From Planctomycetota bacterium (lineage in GTDB: Bacteria; Planctomycetota; UBA1135; UBA2386): DNA of 24,000 nucleotides. The stretch covers positions 6,086 to 30,085 of the forward strand of contig JADLHO010000209.1 of the NCBI GenBank assembly GCA_020848735.1, given 5' to 3'. Shown piece after piece: positions 7,148 to 14,896 of this stretch (the first letter of the stretch is position 1; each line of letters starts with the position of its first letter). The notes beneath the pieces are model-generated. The model searched no databases, was not told where the DNA came from, and was given only the letters and a program-made list of their open reading frames with translations. Made by a program: the position numbers and the translations under genes.

Positions 7148-7285
7148 TCTGCATTCCGAGAGCTTGCGACGCGCTGATCCCGAGTCCCTCGCGCCCTGGA
7201 TTCCGGTGCGCGATCCGTCCATCGTGCCGCACGCTCGTTCGCAGCGCGCTCGCGGGAGAGTGGCTGCTCCACGACCTGCTCGATC

Positions 7286-10123
7286 ATGAACGCCAAGGCA
7301 CTTCGCACGACCGCGCGGCGGTTCGCGCCCGCGGCTCTCCTCTCTTCCCTCCTGCTCTTCGGAGCATCGGCCTGCAACGACGGCAGTGACCCCGTGCCGA
7401 TCGGCGTGGCCGACGAGCCCATCGTCGGTGAGTACGACGCCCTGCCCGGCGTGCTCGTCACGATCCAACGCGTGCACGGCGGCAGCGGCCCCGGCGGCGC
7501 GTTCCGCGTCGGCGACAAGCCGAAGGTCGACTTCACGATCGCGCGCGACAGCGGCGACCCGCTCGAACTCGCGACCTTCGCGCGCGGCGCGATCATGGTC
7601 TCGGGTCCGACGGAGAACTACCAGCGCGTCATCGCCTCGCAGTCCGACGTGATCGCGAACTCGGTGAAGACGGCGCTCGGCGCCTACACCTACACCTTCT
7701 CGACGGCGATCCCGGCGAGCTACCTCGCCCCGCTGAACGACAGCGCGCTGATCACCGACGGCGAACTCACCGGCCAGGCCCTCGTCGCCGGCACCTACAC
7801 GGTCGGTCTCGAGTTCCGCAAGGACTACAAGATCGGCGACACGACCTACCGCGACCCCGGTGTCGCGACCGCCGACTTCCTCTTCGGCAGCGCGACGACG
7901 ATCGTGGCCCGCGAGGTGGTGAAGAACGAGAACTGCACGCAGTGCCACGGCGAGGTCCGCGCGCACGGCAACAACCGCAACCACGTGCGCAGCTGCGTGC
8001 TCTGCCACACGGCCGGTTCCGAGGACGGCACCGGTGGTGGCGCGAGCGATGCGACTCCGGGCGCGACGATCGACTTCCGCGTGATGATCCACAAGATCCA
8101 CGCGGGTGCGCATCTGCCCTCGGTGCTCGGCGTGACGACCAACGCCAACGGCACGCGCAAGTACGACGCGACGCCGCAGCCGTACCAGCTCATCGGCTTC
8201 CAGAACTCGGTGCACGACTACTCGCACGTCGGCTTCCCCGTCTGGCCGAGCCTCTTCACCCCGATGCCGCGCGACTCCGGCTACGCGGCGCTGAACTCGA
8301 CGCAGCAGGGTCTCGAGAACTCGATGCGCCAGGGGCCCGTCGCCTGCGCGAAGTGCCACGGCGATCCGGACGGCGCCGGTCCCATCCTGCCGCCGGCTCA
8401 GGGCGACCTGATCTACTCCCAGCCGACGCGCGCGGCCTGTGCCTCGTGCCACGACGACTGGCAGCCCGAGCTGCCCTACACGGCGAACACGCAGACGATG
8501 CCCGCGCAGGACGACGACGCCGCGTGCAAGAACTGCCACGCGCCGAGCGGTGATCCCCTCGCCGTCCTCGACGCGCACCGTCATCCCCTCACCGACACCA
8601 CCTTGGCGGCCGGGCTGCACTTCGACGTCACCGCGGTGACCGAGGTCGGGGGCAACTCCGACGGCAACTTCGACGCCGGCGAGAAGATCGGCGTCACGTT
8701 CTCGGTGAAGGACGCCGCGGGCAACGCGATCGCCGCGAGCACCCTGAGCCGCATCGAGATGGCGCTGCAGGGCCCGACGACGAACCCGAACATGGTGCAC
8801 CTGGTTCGGGCCGCGCCGGCCTACTTCAGCGGGACCGGCCCCTACACGTTCAACGTGCCGCAGCTCGTCTACCTCGAGGCCGTCGGCACCTCGAACAACT
8901 CGCTGCAGACCTTCAACACCGCGCGCTTCCCGCACTGGAACGTCACGGGTGCCGTGACCTCGCTCTGGATCCGCACCGCGACGGGGCTCGGCAGCACGCT
9001 CGCGGCGGCGGCGCCGGTGCTGCAGAACTACGTCGACGTCGCAGCGGGAGAAGGCTCGCGCTTCACGAACGGCGGCTACGTCGTCCTCGACGACGCCAAC
9101 GGCGGCCAGCGCGAGTTCCTGCGCGTGCAGTGGGTCGAGGGCGACCGCCTCTGGTTCTCCTCGCAGTACCGCCCGGACTTCCCGCCGCGCCTCAACCGCG
9201 CGCACGCCGCGGGCGCGACGGTCGACCCGGTCACGCTCACGGCCATTCCCGCCGCGAGCTACGCGCTCACCGCCGCCACCGGTGCGATCCAGGAGAACGT
9301 CGAATTCGGCGTCGGTGAGGTCATCGCCTCCTACACGACCGACTTCGTCATCCCGGCGCAGTACCCCGGCGCGCTCAACGAGTCGCCCGGCTTCGACTCG
9401 AGCTGGGGCGATTGGTCGCGGCTCGATCTCCAGTCGGGCACCTACTCGCTCGGGATGATGGGCGCGCGCGGCTTCACGGTGACCGCTTTCGGCGAGACGA
9501 CGAGCTACACCGAGGGCGCGAACGCCACGGTGTCGAATCTCCTCGTCGGCTCGGCGACCGACGTGAGCACCGTGGAGCGCATCGCCTCGGCCGACGCGTG
9601 CTACGCCTGTCACGAGGACATCCAGTTCCACGGCGGCAGCCGTCGCGGCTACGACACCTGCATCCAGTGCCACGGCACCGCGGGTGCGGAGGATGCGCCG
9701 CGCTACACGTACCCGAGCACGCAGGCCACGCCGGGCACGACGGTCGACTTCCGGACCATGCTGCACAAGATCCACGCCGGCAACATCCTCGATGCGGGCG
9801 CGAACTACGTGGTCACGGGCAACAGCGGGACGCCGCACACGTACGAGCACGTCGGCTTCCCCGTCACGCCCTCGGGCGTGATGCAGTGTGCGAGCTGCCA
9901 CGGCAGCAGCAACGATGCCTGGAAGCTGCCCGCGGATCGCAGCCATCCGGCGGGTGCGCTGCCGGCGCGTGCCTGGCGTGCGGCCTGCGGTTCCTGCCAC
10001 GACAGCGCGTCCGAGACGGCGCACATCGACGTGAACACGAGCCCGTCCGGCGCCGAGGCCTGCGCGATCTGTCACGGCTCCGGCGAGGAGAAGCGCGTCG
10101 AGCGCGTGCACATCCCGCGCTGA
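7286..10123 (+). CDS. OmcA/MtrC-family decaheme c-type cytochrome lipoprotein, copy 2 (945 aa)
   Basis: ATG at 7286 is preceded by the same TCGATC as copy 1. Lipoprotein signal ...LLLFGASAC. The ten CxxCH motifs are CTQCH, CVLCH, CAKCH, CASCH, CKNCH, CYACH, CIQCH, CASCH, CGSCH and CAICH. They have the same 5 + 353-aa insert + 5 layout and are co-linear with copy 1 throughout. Confidence 0.9.
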   Translation: MNAKALRTTARRFAPAALLSSLLLFGASACNDGSDPVPIGVADEPIVGEYDALPGVLVTIQRVHGGSGPGGAFRVGDKPKVDFTIARDSGDPLELATFARGAIMVSGPTENYQRVIASQSDVIANSVKTALGAYTYTFSTAIPASYLAPLNDSALITDGELTGQALVAGTYTVGLEFRKDYKIGDTTYRDPGVATADFLFGSATTIVAREVVKNENCTQCHGEVRAHGNNRNHVRSCVLCHTAGSEDGTGGGASDATPGATIDFRVMIHKIHAGAHLPSVLGVTTNANGTRKYDATPQPYQLIGFQNSVHDYSHVGFPVWPSLFTPMPRDSGYAALNSTQQGLENSMRQGPVACAKCHGDPDGAGPILPPAQGDLIYSQPTRAACASCHDDWQPELPYTANTQTMPAQDDDAACKNCHAPSGDPLAVLDAHRHPLTDTTLAAGLHFDVTAVTEVGGNSDGNFDAGEKIGVTFSVKDAAGNAIAASTLSRIEMALQGPTTNPNMVHLVRAAPAYFSGTGPYTFNVPQLVYLEAVGTSNNSLQTFNTARFPHWNVTGAVTSLWIRTATGLGSTLAAAAPVLQNYVDVAAGEGSRFTNGGYVVLDDANGGQREFLRVQWVEGDRLWFSSQYRPDFPPRLNRAHAAGATVDPVTLTAIPAASYALTAATGAIQENVEFGVGEVIASYTTDFVIPAQYPGALNESPGFDSSWGDWSRLDLQSGTYSLGMMGARGFTVTAFGETTSYTEGANATVSNLLVGSATDVSTVERIASADACYACHEDIQFHGGSRRGYDTCIQCHGTAGAEDAPRYTYPSTQATPGTTVDFRTMLHKIHAGNILDAGANYVVTGNSGTPHTYEHVGFPVTPSGVMQCASCHGSSNDAWKLPADRSHPAGALPARAWRAACGSCHDSASETAHIDVNTSPSGAEACAICHGSGEEKRVERVHIPR

Positions 10124-10168
10124 GAGCCCGAGCGAGAATCCGTCGTACGGGCTCCCCGGTGCTCGCTG

Positions 10169-10223
10169 GTGGCCGCAGCCGCGGCCACGCGGAGCTCGAG
10201 AGACGAACCGTCTCTCGAGCTCC
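10169..10223. terminator. Bidirectional terminator-like pair of perfect hairpins between convergent genes
   Basis: GTGGCCGC-AGCC-GCGGCCAC (10169-10188) has an 8-bp stem. GGAGCTCGAGAGACG-AAC-CGTCTCTCGAGCTCC (10191-10223) has a 15-bp perfect stem. Both lie in the 121-nt gap between the stop at 10123 (+) and the stop at 10245 (-). No clear U-tract is present, as is frequent in high-GC genomes. Confidence 0.6.
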
Positions 10224-10244
10224 GAGCCACGCCCGCGCGGGCCG

Positions 10245-11261
10245 TCAGCGCTTCTCGAGCTCGAGGATGAGCTGTGCGAGTTCGGGCGGCGGGCTGATCT
10301 CCAGCCTGCCGTCCAGCTCGGTGACGACGATGCGCTCGAAGCGCCCGTCGGGTCGCCGCCAGAAGAGCCCGCGATCGATCACGCTGCCCATCTGTGAGGC
10401 CGTGCGATCGACGAGCCGATGGAGCGCGGGGATGAGCGCCTTGATCCGGAGGTCCGCGAAGGGCCAGACGAAGATCGAGTCGCGCGTCGGCACGGCGACG
10501 ATCGCCCCGTGCTCCCCGAGCATCTCGGGATGCGCATCGAGATCGAGGACCGCCGCGCTGCCGTAGTACGAGCTCGCGGTGATCGCGTGGAGTTCGCCCA
10601 GCTCGCCGATCGGCTGCACGTCGATCCGCAGCTTGTCCTCCAGCTCCTGCCGCGTGTTCAGCAGGGCGAAGGCGAGCACCCCGCGTGGGTCCTGCTTCCA
10701 GCGCTCGAGCGAGCTGCTCGTGACGACGACCGCGGACTCGCCCGAGTCGATGAAGGCGAGGGTCACGGTGCCCGGCAGGTCGACCGCGCCCGCGAGGTCC
10801 TTCAGCTCGAGCCGGTACTCGGTGAGGTAGCTCTCGGGGTGGAGTCGCAGGCGCAGCCGCGCGCGGGCGGTCTGCCAGTCGAGGAGCTCGAGTTCGGCCA
10901 GGGCGTCGCGCATCGCGACCACGCGGCCGAGCTGCTCGGCGATGAGCTGCGGCCATTCGGCGCGCGGTGCCCCGGCACAGAGTTCCGCGAGGAGCCCGAG
11001 TTCGAACTCCGGCGTGCCCTGCTTCGCGCCGCGCACGCGCATCGCCCCGCCCGCCGTGAGCTCGGGAACGAGCTGCTGCGAGCGGAACCAGCGCTCGACC
11101 TCCGCCACGAACGCGAGGCGGGCGTCGGGCGCGAAGAGTCCATACCAGGCGGGCGTGCTCGGCTCCGGCTTCGGGCGGACGGCGACGACCTCGTCGTCGG
11201 AACAGGCGCTGCAGGCGAGCGCGAGCAGGCCGATCAGGGCTGGGCGTCGGTCGGGACTCAT
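10245..11261 (-). CDS. Hypothetical lipoprotein or secreted protein (338 aa), function unknown
   Basis: N-terminus MSPDRRPALIGLLALACSACSDDE is a signal with a lipobox-like LALAC/SAC. Amino-acid composition is balanced and third positions are G/C-rich. The opposite-strand ORF 10419..11282 is R/D/E/G-rich and looks like a shadow. I recognise no domain. Confidence 0.7.
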   Translation of the reverse strand: MSPDRRPALIGLLALACSACSDDEVVAVRPKPEPSTPAWYGLFAPDARLAFVAEVERWFRSQQLVPELTAGGAMRVRGAKQGTPEFELGLLAELCAGAPRAEWPQLIAEQLGRVVAMRDALAELELLDWQTARARLRLRLHPESYLTEYRLELKDLAGAVDLPGTVTLAFIDSGESAVVVTSSSLERWKQDPRGVLAFALLNTRQELEDKLRIDVQPIGELGELHAITASSYYGSAAVLDLDAHPEMLGEHGAIVAVPTRDSIFVWPFADLRIKALIPALHRLVDRTASQMGSVIDRGLFWRRPDGRFERIVVTELDGRLEISPPPELAQLILELEKR

Positions 11262-11343
11262 GCGGTGGGACAGGGACGATAACGACCGGGGACCGCGATC
11301 GGCTCAGCCCGGCGTCGGCTTGGCGCTCGCGCCGGGGGCCAGC

Positions 11344-13848
11344 ATGATCGGGCGCATGACGAGTCCATCGCGCTGGTCGCGGGTGCGCGCGGTCTTCGAG
11401 CGCGTCGTGGAGCTCCCGGCGGCCGAGCGCGAGGCCGAGCTCCTCCGCGCGTGCGATGGTGAGGACGAGCTGCGGCGCGAGGTCCAGGCCCTGCTCGACG
11501 CGGACTCCAGCGATCGCCTGCCCGAGGTCGTCGCGAGTCCTTCGGCGTTCGGTTCGCTCGCCGAGTCGCTCGCGTCGAGTGGCGCGGTGGAGATCGAGGG
11601 CTTCGTGGTGCGGCGCCTGGTCGCGACGGGCGGCATGGGGGCGGTCTACGAGGCGGAGCAGCTCCAGCCGCGGCGGCCGGTCGCGCTGAAGATCCTGCGG
11701 CCCGAGCTCTGCTCGGGTGCCACGCTGCAGCGCTTCCGCGTCGAGGCGGAGATCCTCGGACGCCTGCAGCACCACGGCATCGCCGAGGTCTACGCCGCGG
11801 GGGTGCACCGCATGCGGAGCGGGCCCTTCGAGCTGGAGCTGCCCTGGTACGCGCTCGAACTGCTCGCCGCCGCGCGCTCGCTCACCGAGTACGTGCGCCG
11901 CGAAGGCCTCGCGCTGCGGGACCGCGTCGAGCTCCTGCGTCGCGTCTGCGAGGCGGTGCACCACGCGCACCTCCGCGGCGTGATCCATCGCGACCTCAAG
12001 CCGGCAAACGTGCTCGTCGGCGCGGCCGGCGAGCCGAAGATCGTCGACTTCGGCATCGCGCGCGTCGTCGGCGACCCCTCGGCCGAGGGGCTCACGCGCA
12101 CCGGCATGGTGCTCGGCACTCCGGCCTACATGGCGCCGGAGCAGCGGCGGGCGGATGCCGACGTGGACCTGCGCTGCGACGTGTACGCCCTCGGCGTCGT
12201 GCTCTACGAGCTGCTCGTCGATCGCCTACCCGAGGGCGTCGCGGCCGCGGGTGATCTCCGCCCTTCGGCGGCGAAGCCCGGGCTCGCGCGCGAGTACGAC
12301 TGGATCGTCGGCACGGCGACGGCGAGCGAGCGCGAGCGTCGCTACCCCAGCGCGCTCGCGATGGCCGAGGATCTCGGGCGGGCCTTGCGCGGCGAGGGCG
12401 TGCAGGCCGCTCCGCCGGGTCGCGGCTACCGGCTGCGCAAGGCCCTCCGCCGACATCGTGCGCTGATCGCGACGGTGGCGACCATCGTGCTCGCGCTGGC
12501 CGGCGGACTGACCGCGAGCCTGCTCGCCCTGGGGCGCGCGCGCGACGCGGAGACCTACGCGAAGTCCCAGCAGGAACTGGCCGAGCGCTCGCGCGAGACC
12601 GCGGAGAGCGCGCTCACGGATCTCACCGAGCAGGGTCTCGTGACCGCGGGCGTGGTCCGCATCTTCCAATCCGCGGTGACGCGCGCGATCGGCAAGGATC
12701 GGGGCGAGCACGCGTCGATCGCCGATCTCTGCGTCGAACTCGAGGACCTGCTCGATGAACCGGACGAGCCGCTCCGCGTGCGCGCCGGGCTCGCCACGCT
12801 GCTCGCCAGCGTTCACGTCGCCAACGGGGACCAGGCCACGGCACTGCGTCTGAACCGGCGGTCCCTGGCGCTGCTCGATCAGGCCTCTCGACTCGCGACG
12901 GAGGACGCGCTCGTCGTGCGCTCCAACCTCGCGGAGTGCCTCGCCTATCTCGGTCAGGCTGCGGATGCGGAGGCCGAGCTGGATCTCGCGCTCGAGCTCG
13001 GCGCGCGACTCCTTTCGCCCGACGATCCGCAGTTCCTCGCGATGCGCGCACGCCGGGCGACGCTCCTCGCCGCGCGCGGCGAGTTCCGCGATGCGGAGGT
13101 CACGGCGCGCGAGGTGCTCGCGGCGCGCCGCCGCGCGCTCGGCAACGACGCCCCCGAGCTCGTCGACTCGCGCCTCGATCTCGTCTACTGCCTCATGGCG
13201 GCGAGCGATCTCGACGGTGCCATCGCGGAGGCGCGCAGCTCGATCGACGACGCGGTGCGCGTGCTCGGGCCTTCGCACTGGAAGACCCTGCGCGCGGTGA
13301 ACAACCTCGCCGTGTGCTTCGCGCGCCAGGGCAAGCCGGAGGAGGGCATCGCCGTGATCGAGCCGCGCCTGGCTCCGGCGCGCGAAGTCCTGCCGGCCGA
13401 GCATCCCGATCTGCTCGAGCTCGCGACGAGCTACGGGCAGCTCGTGGCGATGGAAGGCCGTGCGACCGAGCGCGCGGTGGGGGTCGTCACCGAGGTCCTC
13501 GCCACGCGGCGCGCCGTGGCGGGGGATTCGCATCCCGACGTGCTGAGGACCGCGCGCCTCCTGGCAATGCTCCACGCGAAGGGCAATCGCATGGCGGAGT
13601 CCGCTGCGGCGATCGAGCCGCTGCTCGTCGCGCTGCCGGAGTGCCCGGCGGAGTCGCGTGCGCGGATGATCGACCTGCACCTGGTCTTCGCGCAGGCGCT
13701 GCTCGCCGGCGGTCGCATCGCGGAGGGGCGCGCGGTGCTCGGGCGGCTCGCGCGCGAGATGCCCGAGCTCCTGCCCGCCGAGGATCCCGACCGCCAGCGC
13801 TTCACCGCGACGATCGAGGGGCTGCTCGCCGCACCGCGCAAGGACTAG
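11344..13848 (+). CDS. Membrane Ser/Thr protein kinase (Hanks type) with a single TM helix and a large TPR-like extracytoplasmic C-terminal region
   Basis: Kinase motifs are GGMGAVYEA, VALKIL, HRDLKPANVLV, DFGIA and GTPAYMAPE. An N-terminal helix RWSRVRAVFERVVELPAAEREAELL precedes the kinase domain. The TM helix is ALIATVATIVLALAGGLTASLLAL. About 440 aa of helical repeats rich in A/L/R follow. The start is ATG 11344 (MIGRM) or ATG 11356. The upstream 10942-11343 part of the tracked ORF is antisense to the lipoprotein gene. Confidence 0.9.
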   Translation: MIGRMTSPSRWSRVRAVFERVVELPAAEREAELLRACDGEDELRREVQALLDADSSDRLPEVVASPSAFGSLAESLASSGAVEIEGFVVRRLVATGGMGAVYEAEQLQPRRPVALKILRPELCSGATLQRFRVEAEILGRLQHHGIAEVYAAGVHRMRSGPFELELPWYALELLAAARSLTEYVRREGLALRDRVELLRRVCEAVHHAHLRGVIHRDLKPANVLVGAAGEPKIVDFGIARVVGDPSAEGLTRTGMVLGTPAYMAPEQRRADADVDLRCDVYALGVVLYELLVDRLPEGVAAAGDLRPSAAKPGLAREYDWIVGTATASERERRYPSALAMAEDLGRALRGEGVQAAPPGRGYRLRKALRRHRALIATVATIVLALAGGLTASLLALGRARDAETYAKSQQELAERSRETAESALTDLTEQGLVTAGVVRIFQSAVTRAIGKDRGEHASIADLCVELEDLLDEPDEPLRVRAGLATLLASVHVANGDQATALRLNRRSLALLDQASRLATEDALVVRSNLAECLAYLGQAADAEAELDLALELGARLLSPDDPQFLAMRARRATLLAARGEFRDAEVTAREVLAARRRALGNDAPELVDSRLDLVYCLMAASDLDGAIAEARSSIDDAVRVLGPSHWKTLRAVNNLAVCFARQGKPEEGIAVIEPRLAPAREVLPAEHPDLLELATSYGQLVAMEGRATERAVGVVTEVLATRRAVAGDSHPDVLRTARLLAMLHAKGNRMAESAAAIEPLLVALPECPAESRARMIDLHLVFAQALLAGGRIAEGRAVLGRLAREMPELLPAEDPDRQRFTATIEGLLAAPRKD

Positions 13849-14894
13849 TCCGGCACGCGGATCACGTCGACGCGCCAGACCCCCTCACCCTCGTCGTGCA
13901 TGTCGATGCGCACGGGGAGGAAGGCCTCGATCACGCGCGCGTTCGTCGTCGTGTGCGTCGTCGGACGGAGCGTGCGGAACGAGCCGCCGCCCGCGAGTGC
14001 GAACGGCAGGAGCAGCTGGTCGGCGAGGTGCGCGCCGACCGGGACCGGCGTGCGCAGGAAGGCCTTGGCGTCGCGGACGGCCTCGGCCGCGACGCGTTCG
14101 GCCGGCAGGCCGAGGCGCCCGAATGCGGCGATGACCTCGACGCCGGACCCGGTCTCGACGTCGATCGTGAGCACGTTGCCCGGACCGTTCTCCGCCATGA
14201 CCAGCGTGCAGCGGTCCTTCGCGATGCCGAGCTTCTGCTGCACGACCGCGAGCTCACGCTCCCCGACGTGTGCGGGCAGCCCCGCGACGATCGCCTGGGC
14301 GCGGATGGCGCGGAGTTCGCCGCGCGCGAGGATCGCGAGCGGGCGCAGCGGTCGGCCGCGCGTGCGCACGCGCAGCTCGCCGCCGCCGGCGGGGTGGAAG
14401 CCGTGACGGACGAGCTCCACGTCGAGTTCGGCGCCCATCGCGCGCAGCGCGGGCACGAAGCTCCGCGCGAGGAACTCGAAGGGCGGCGCGAGCGGGTTGT
14501 GCGTCCCGCCTTCGAGCACGAGCTCGCTCTCGCCTTCGGCGACCAGCAGCGCCGGCAGGACCGTCTGCGCGACCAGCGTGGTGCTCCCCGCGGACCCGAT
14601 CGCGCGCTGCCAGCGCCCCGCGAGGATGGTCTGCGGGATGAAGTCGATCTCCCGCGAGCCGACCTCGGCGCCGCTCACGCGCGCGGCGCCGATCGCCGCG
14701 GCGAGCTGCAGCGCCGCGAGGTGCTGGCGCATCAGACCCGGCTTCGCACGACCGGCGCGCACCGAATGCAGGTGGACCGGCCGGCCCGTGACGAGCGCCA
14801 GGGCGAGCGAGCTGCGCAGCACCTGACCGCCGCCTTCCCCGAGCGAGCCGTCGATGACGACGGCCGGGCGTGCGCTGTCGTTGCCTGGGTCCAT
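13845..14894 (-). CDS. rtcA: RNA 3'-terminal phosphate cyclase
   Basis: 349 aa starting MDPGNDSARPAVVIDGSLGEGGGQVLRSSLALALVTGRPV. It contains VGAHLADQLLLPFALAGGG, which matches the RtcA active-site His region as I recall it (E. coli VGEHLADQL). The start lies 2 nt after the rtcB stop. The upstream part of tracked ORF 13845..15752 is out of frame over rtcB. Confidence 0.9.
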   Translation of the reverse strand: MDPGNDSARPAVVIDGSLGEGGGQVLRSSLALALVTGRPVHLHSVRAGRAKPGLMRQHLAALQLAAAIGAARVSGAEVGSREIDFIPQTILAGRWQRAIGSAGSTTLVAQTVLPALLVAEGESELVLEGGTHNPLAPPFEFLARSFVPALRAMGAELDVELVRHGFHPAGGGELRVRTRGRPLRPLAILARGELRAIRAQAIVAGLPAHVGERELAVVQQKLGIAKDRCTLVMAENGPGNVLTIDVETGSGVEVIAAFGRLGLPAERVAAEAVRDAKAFLRTPVPVGAHLADQLLLPFALAGGGSFRTLRPTTHTTTNARVIEAFLPVRIDMHDEGEGVWRVDVIRVPD

Positions 14895-14896
14895 GG

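Larger units (their letters stand above)
4303..10123 (+). repeat. Tandem gene duplication of the decaheme lipoprotein gene (two units, start codons 2978 nt apart)
   Basis: Both units begin TCGATCATGAACGCCAAGG. A 50-nt run is identical in both copies: AACTGCACGCAGTGCCACGGCGAGGTCCGCGCGCACGGCAACAACCGCAA at 4965-5014 and 7931-7980. The proteins align end to end. Confidence 0.9.

Noticed and set aside
3018-7232. 1404-aa ORF on the minus strand spanning the 13-heme and first decaheme genes
   Set aside because: It is antisense to two genes with dense, unambiguous CxxCH and lipobox signatures. The translation is Arg/Ala/Gly/Val/Asp-rich low-complexity, with no motifs and no signal. This is a typical stop-codon-poor shadow frame in DNA of about 70% GC.
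6740-10111. 1123-aa ORF on the minus strand opposite the second decaheme gene
   Set aside because: Same reasoning. It mirrors the 3018..7232 shadow ORF because the underlying genes are paralogs, which explains its apparent repeat structure.
4303-10123. The tandem duplication interpreted as a mobile element or cassette
   Set aside because: I see no transposase, integrase, terminal inverted repeats or target-site duplications. The repeat unit boundaries coincide with the gene itself (TCGATC-ATG to stop), consistent with simple tandem gene duplication.
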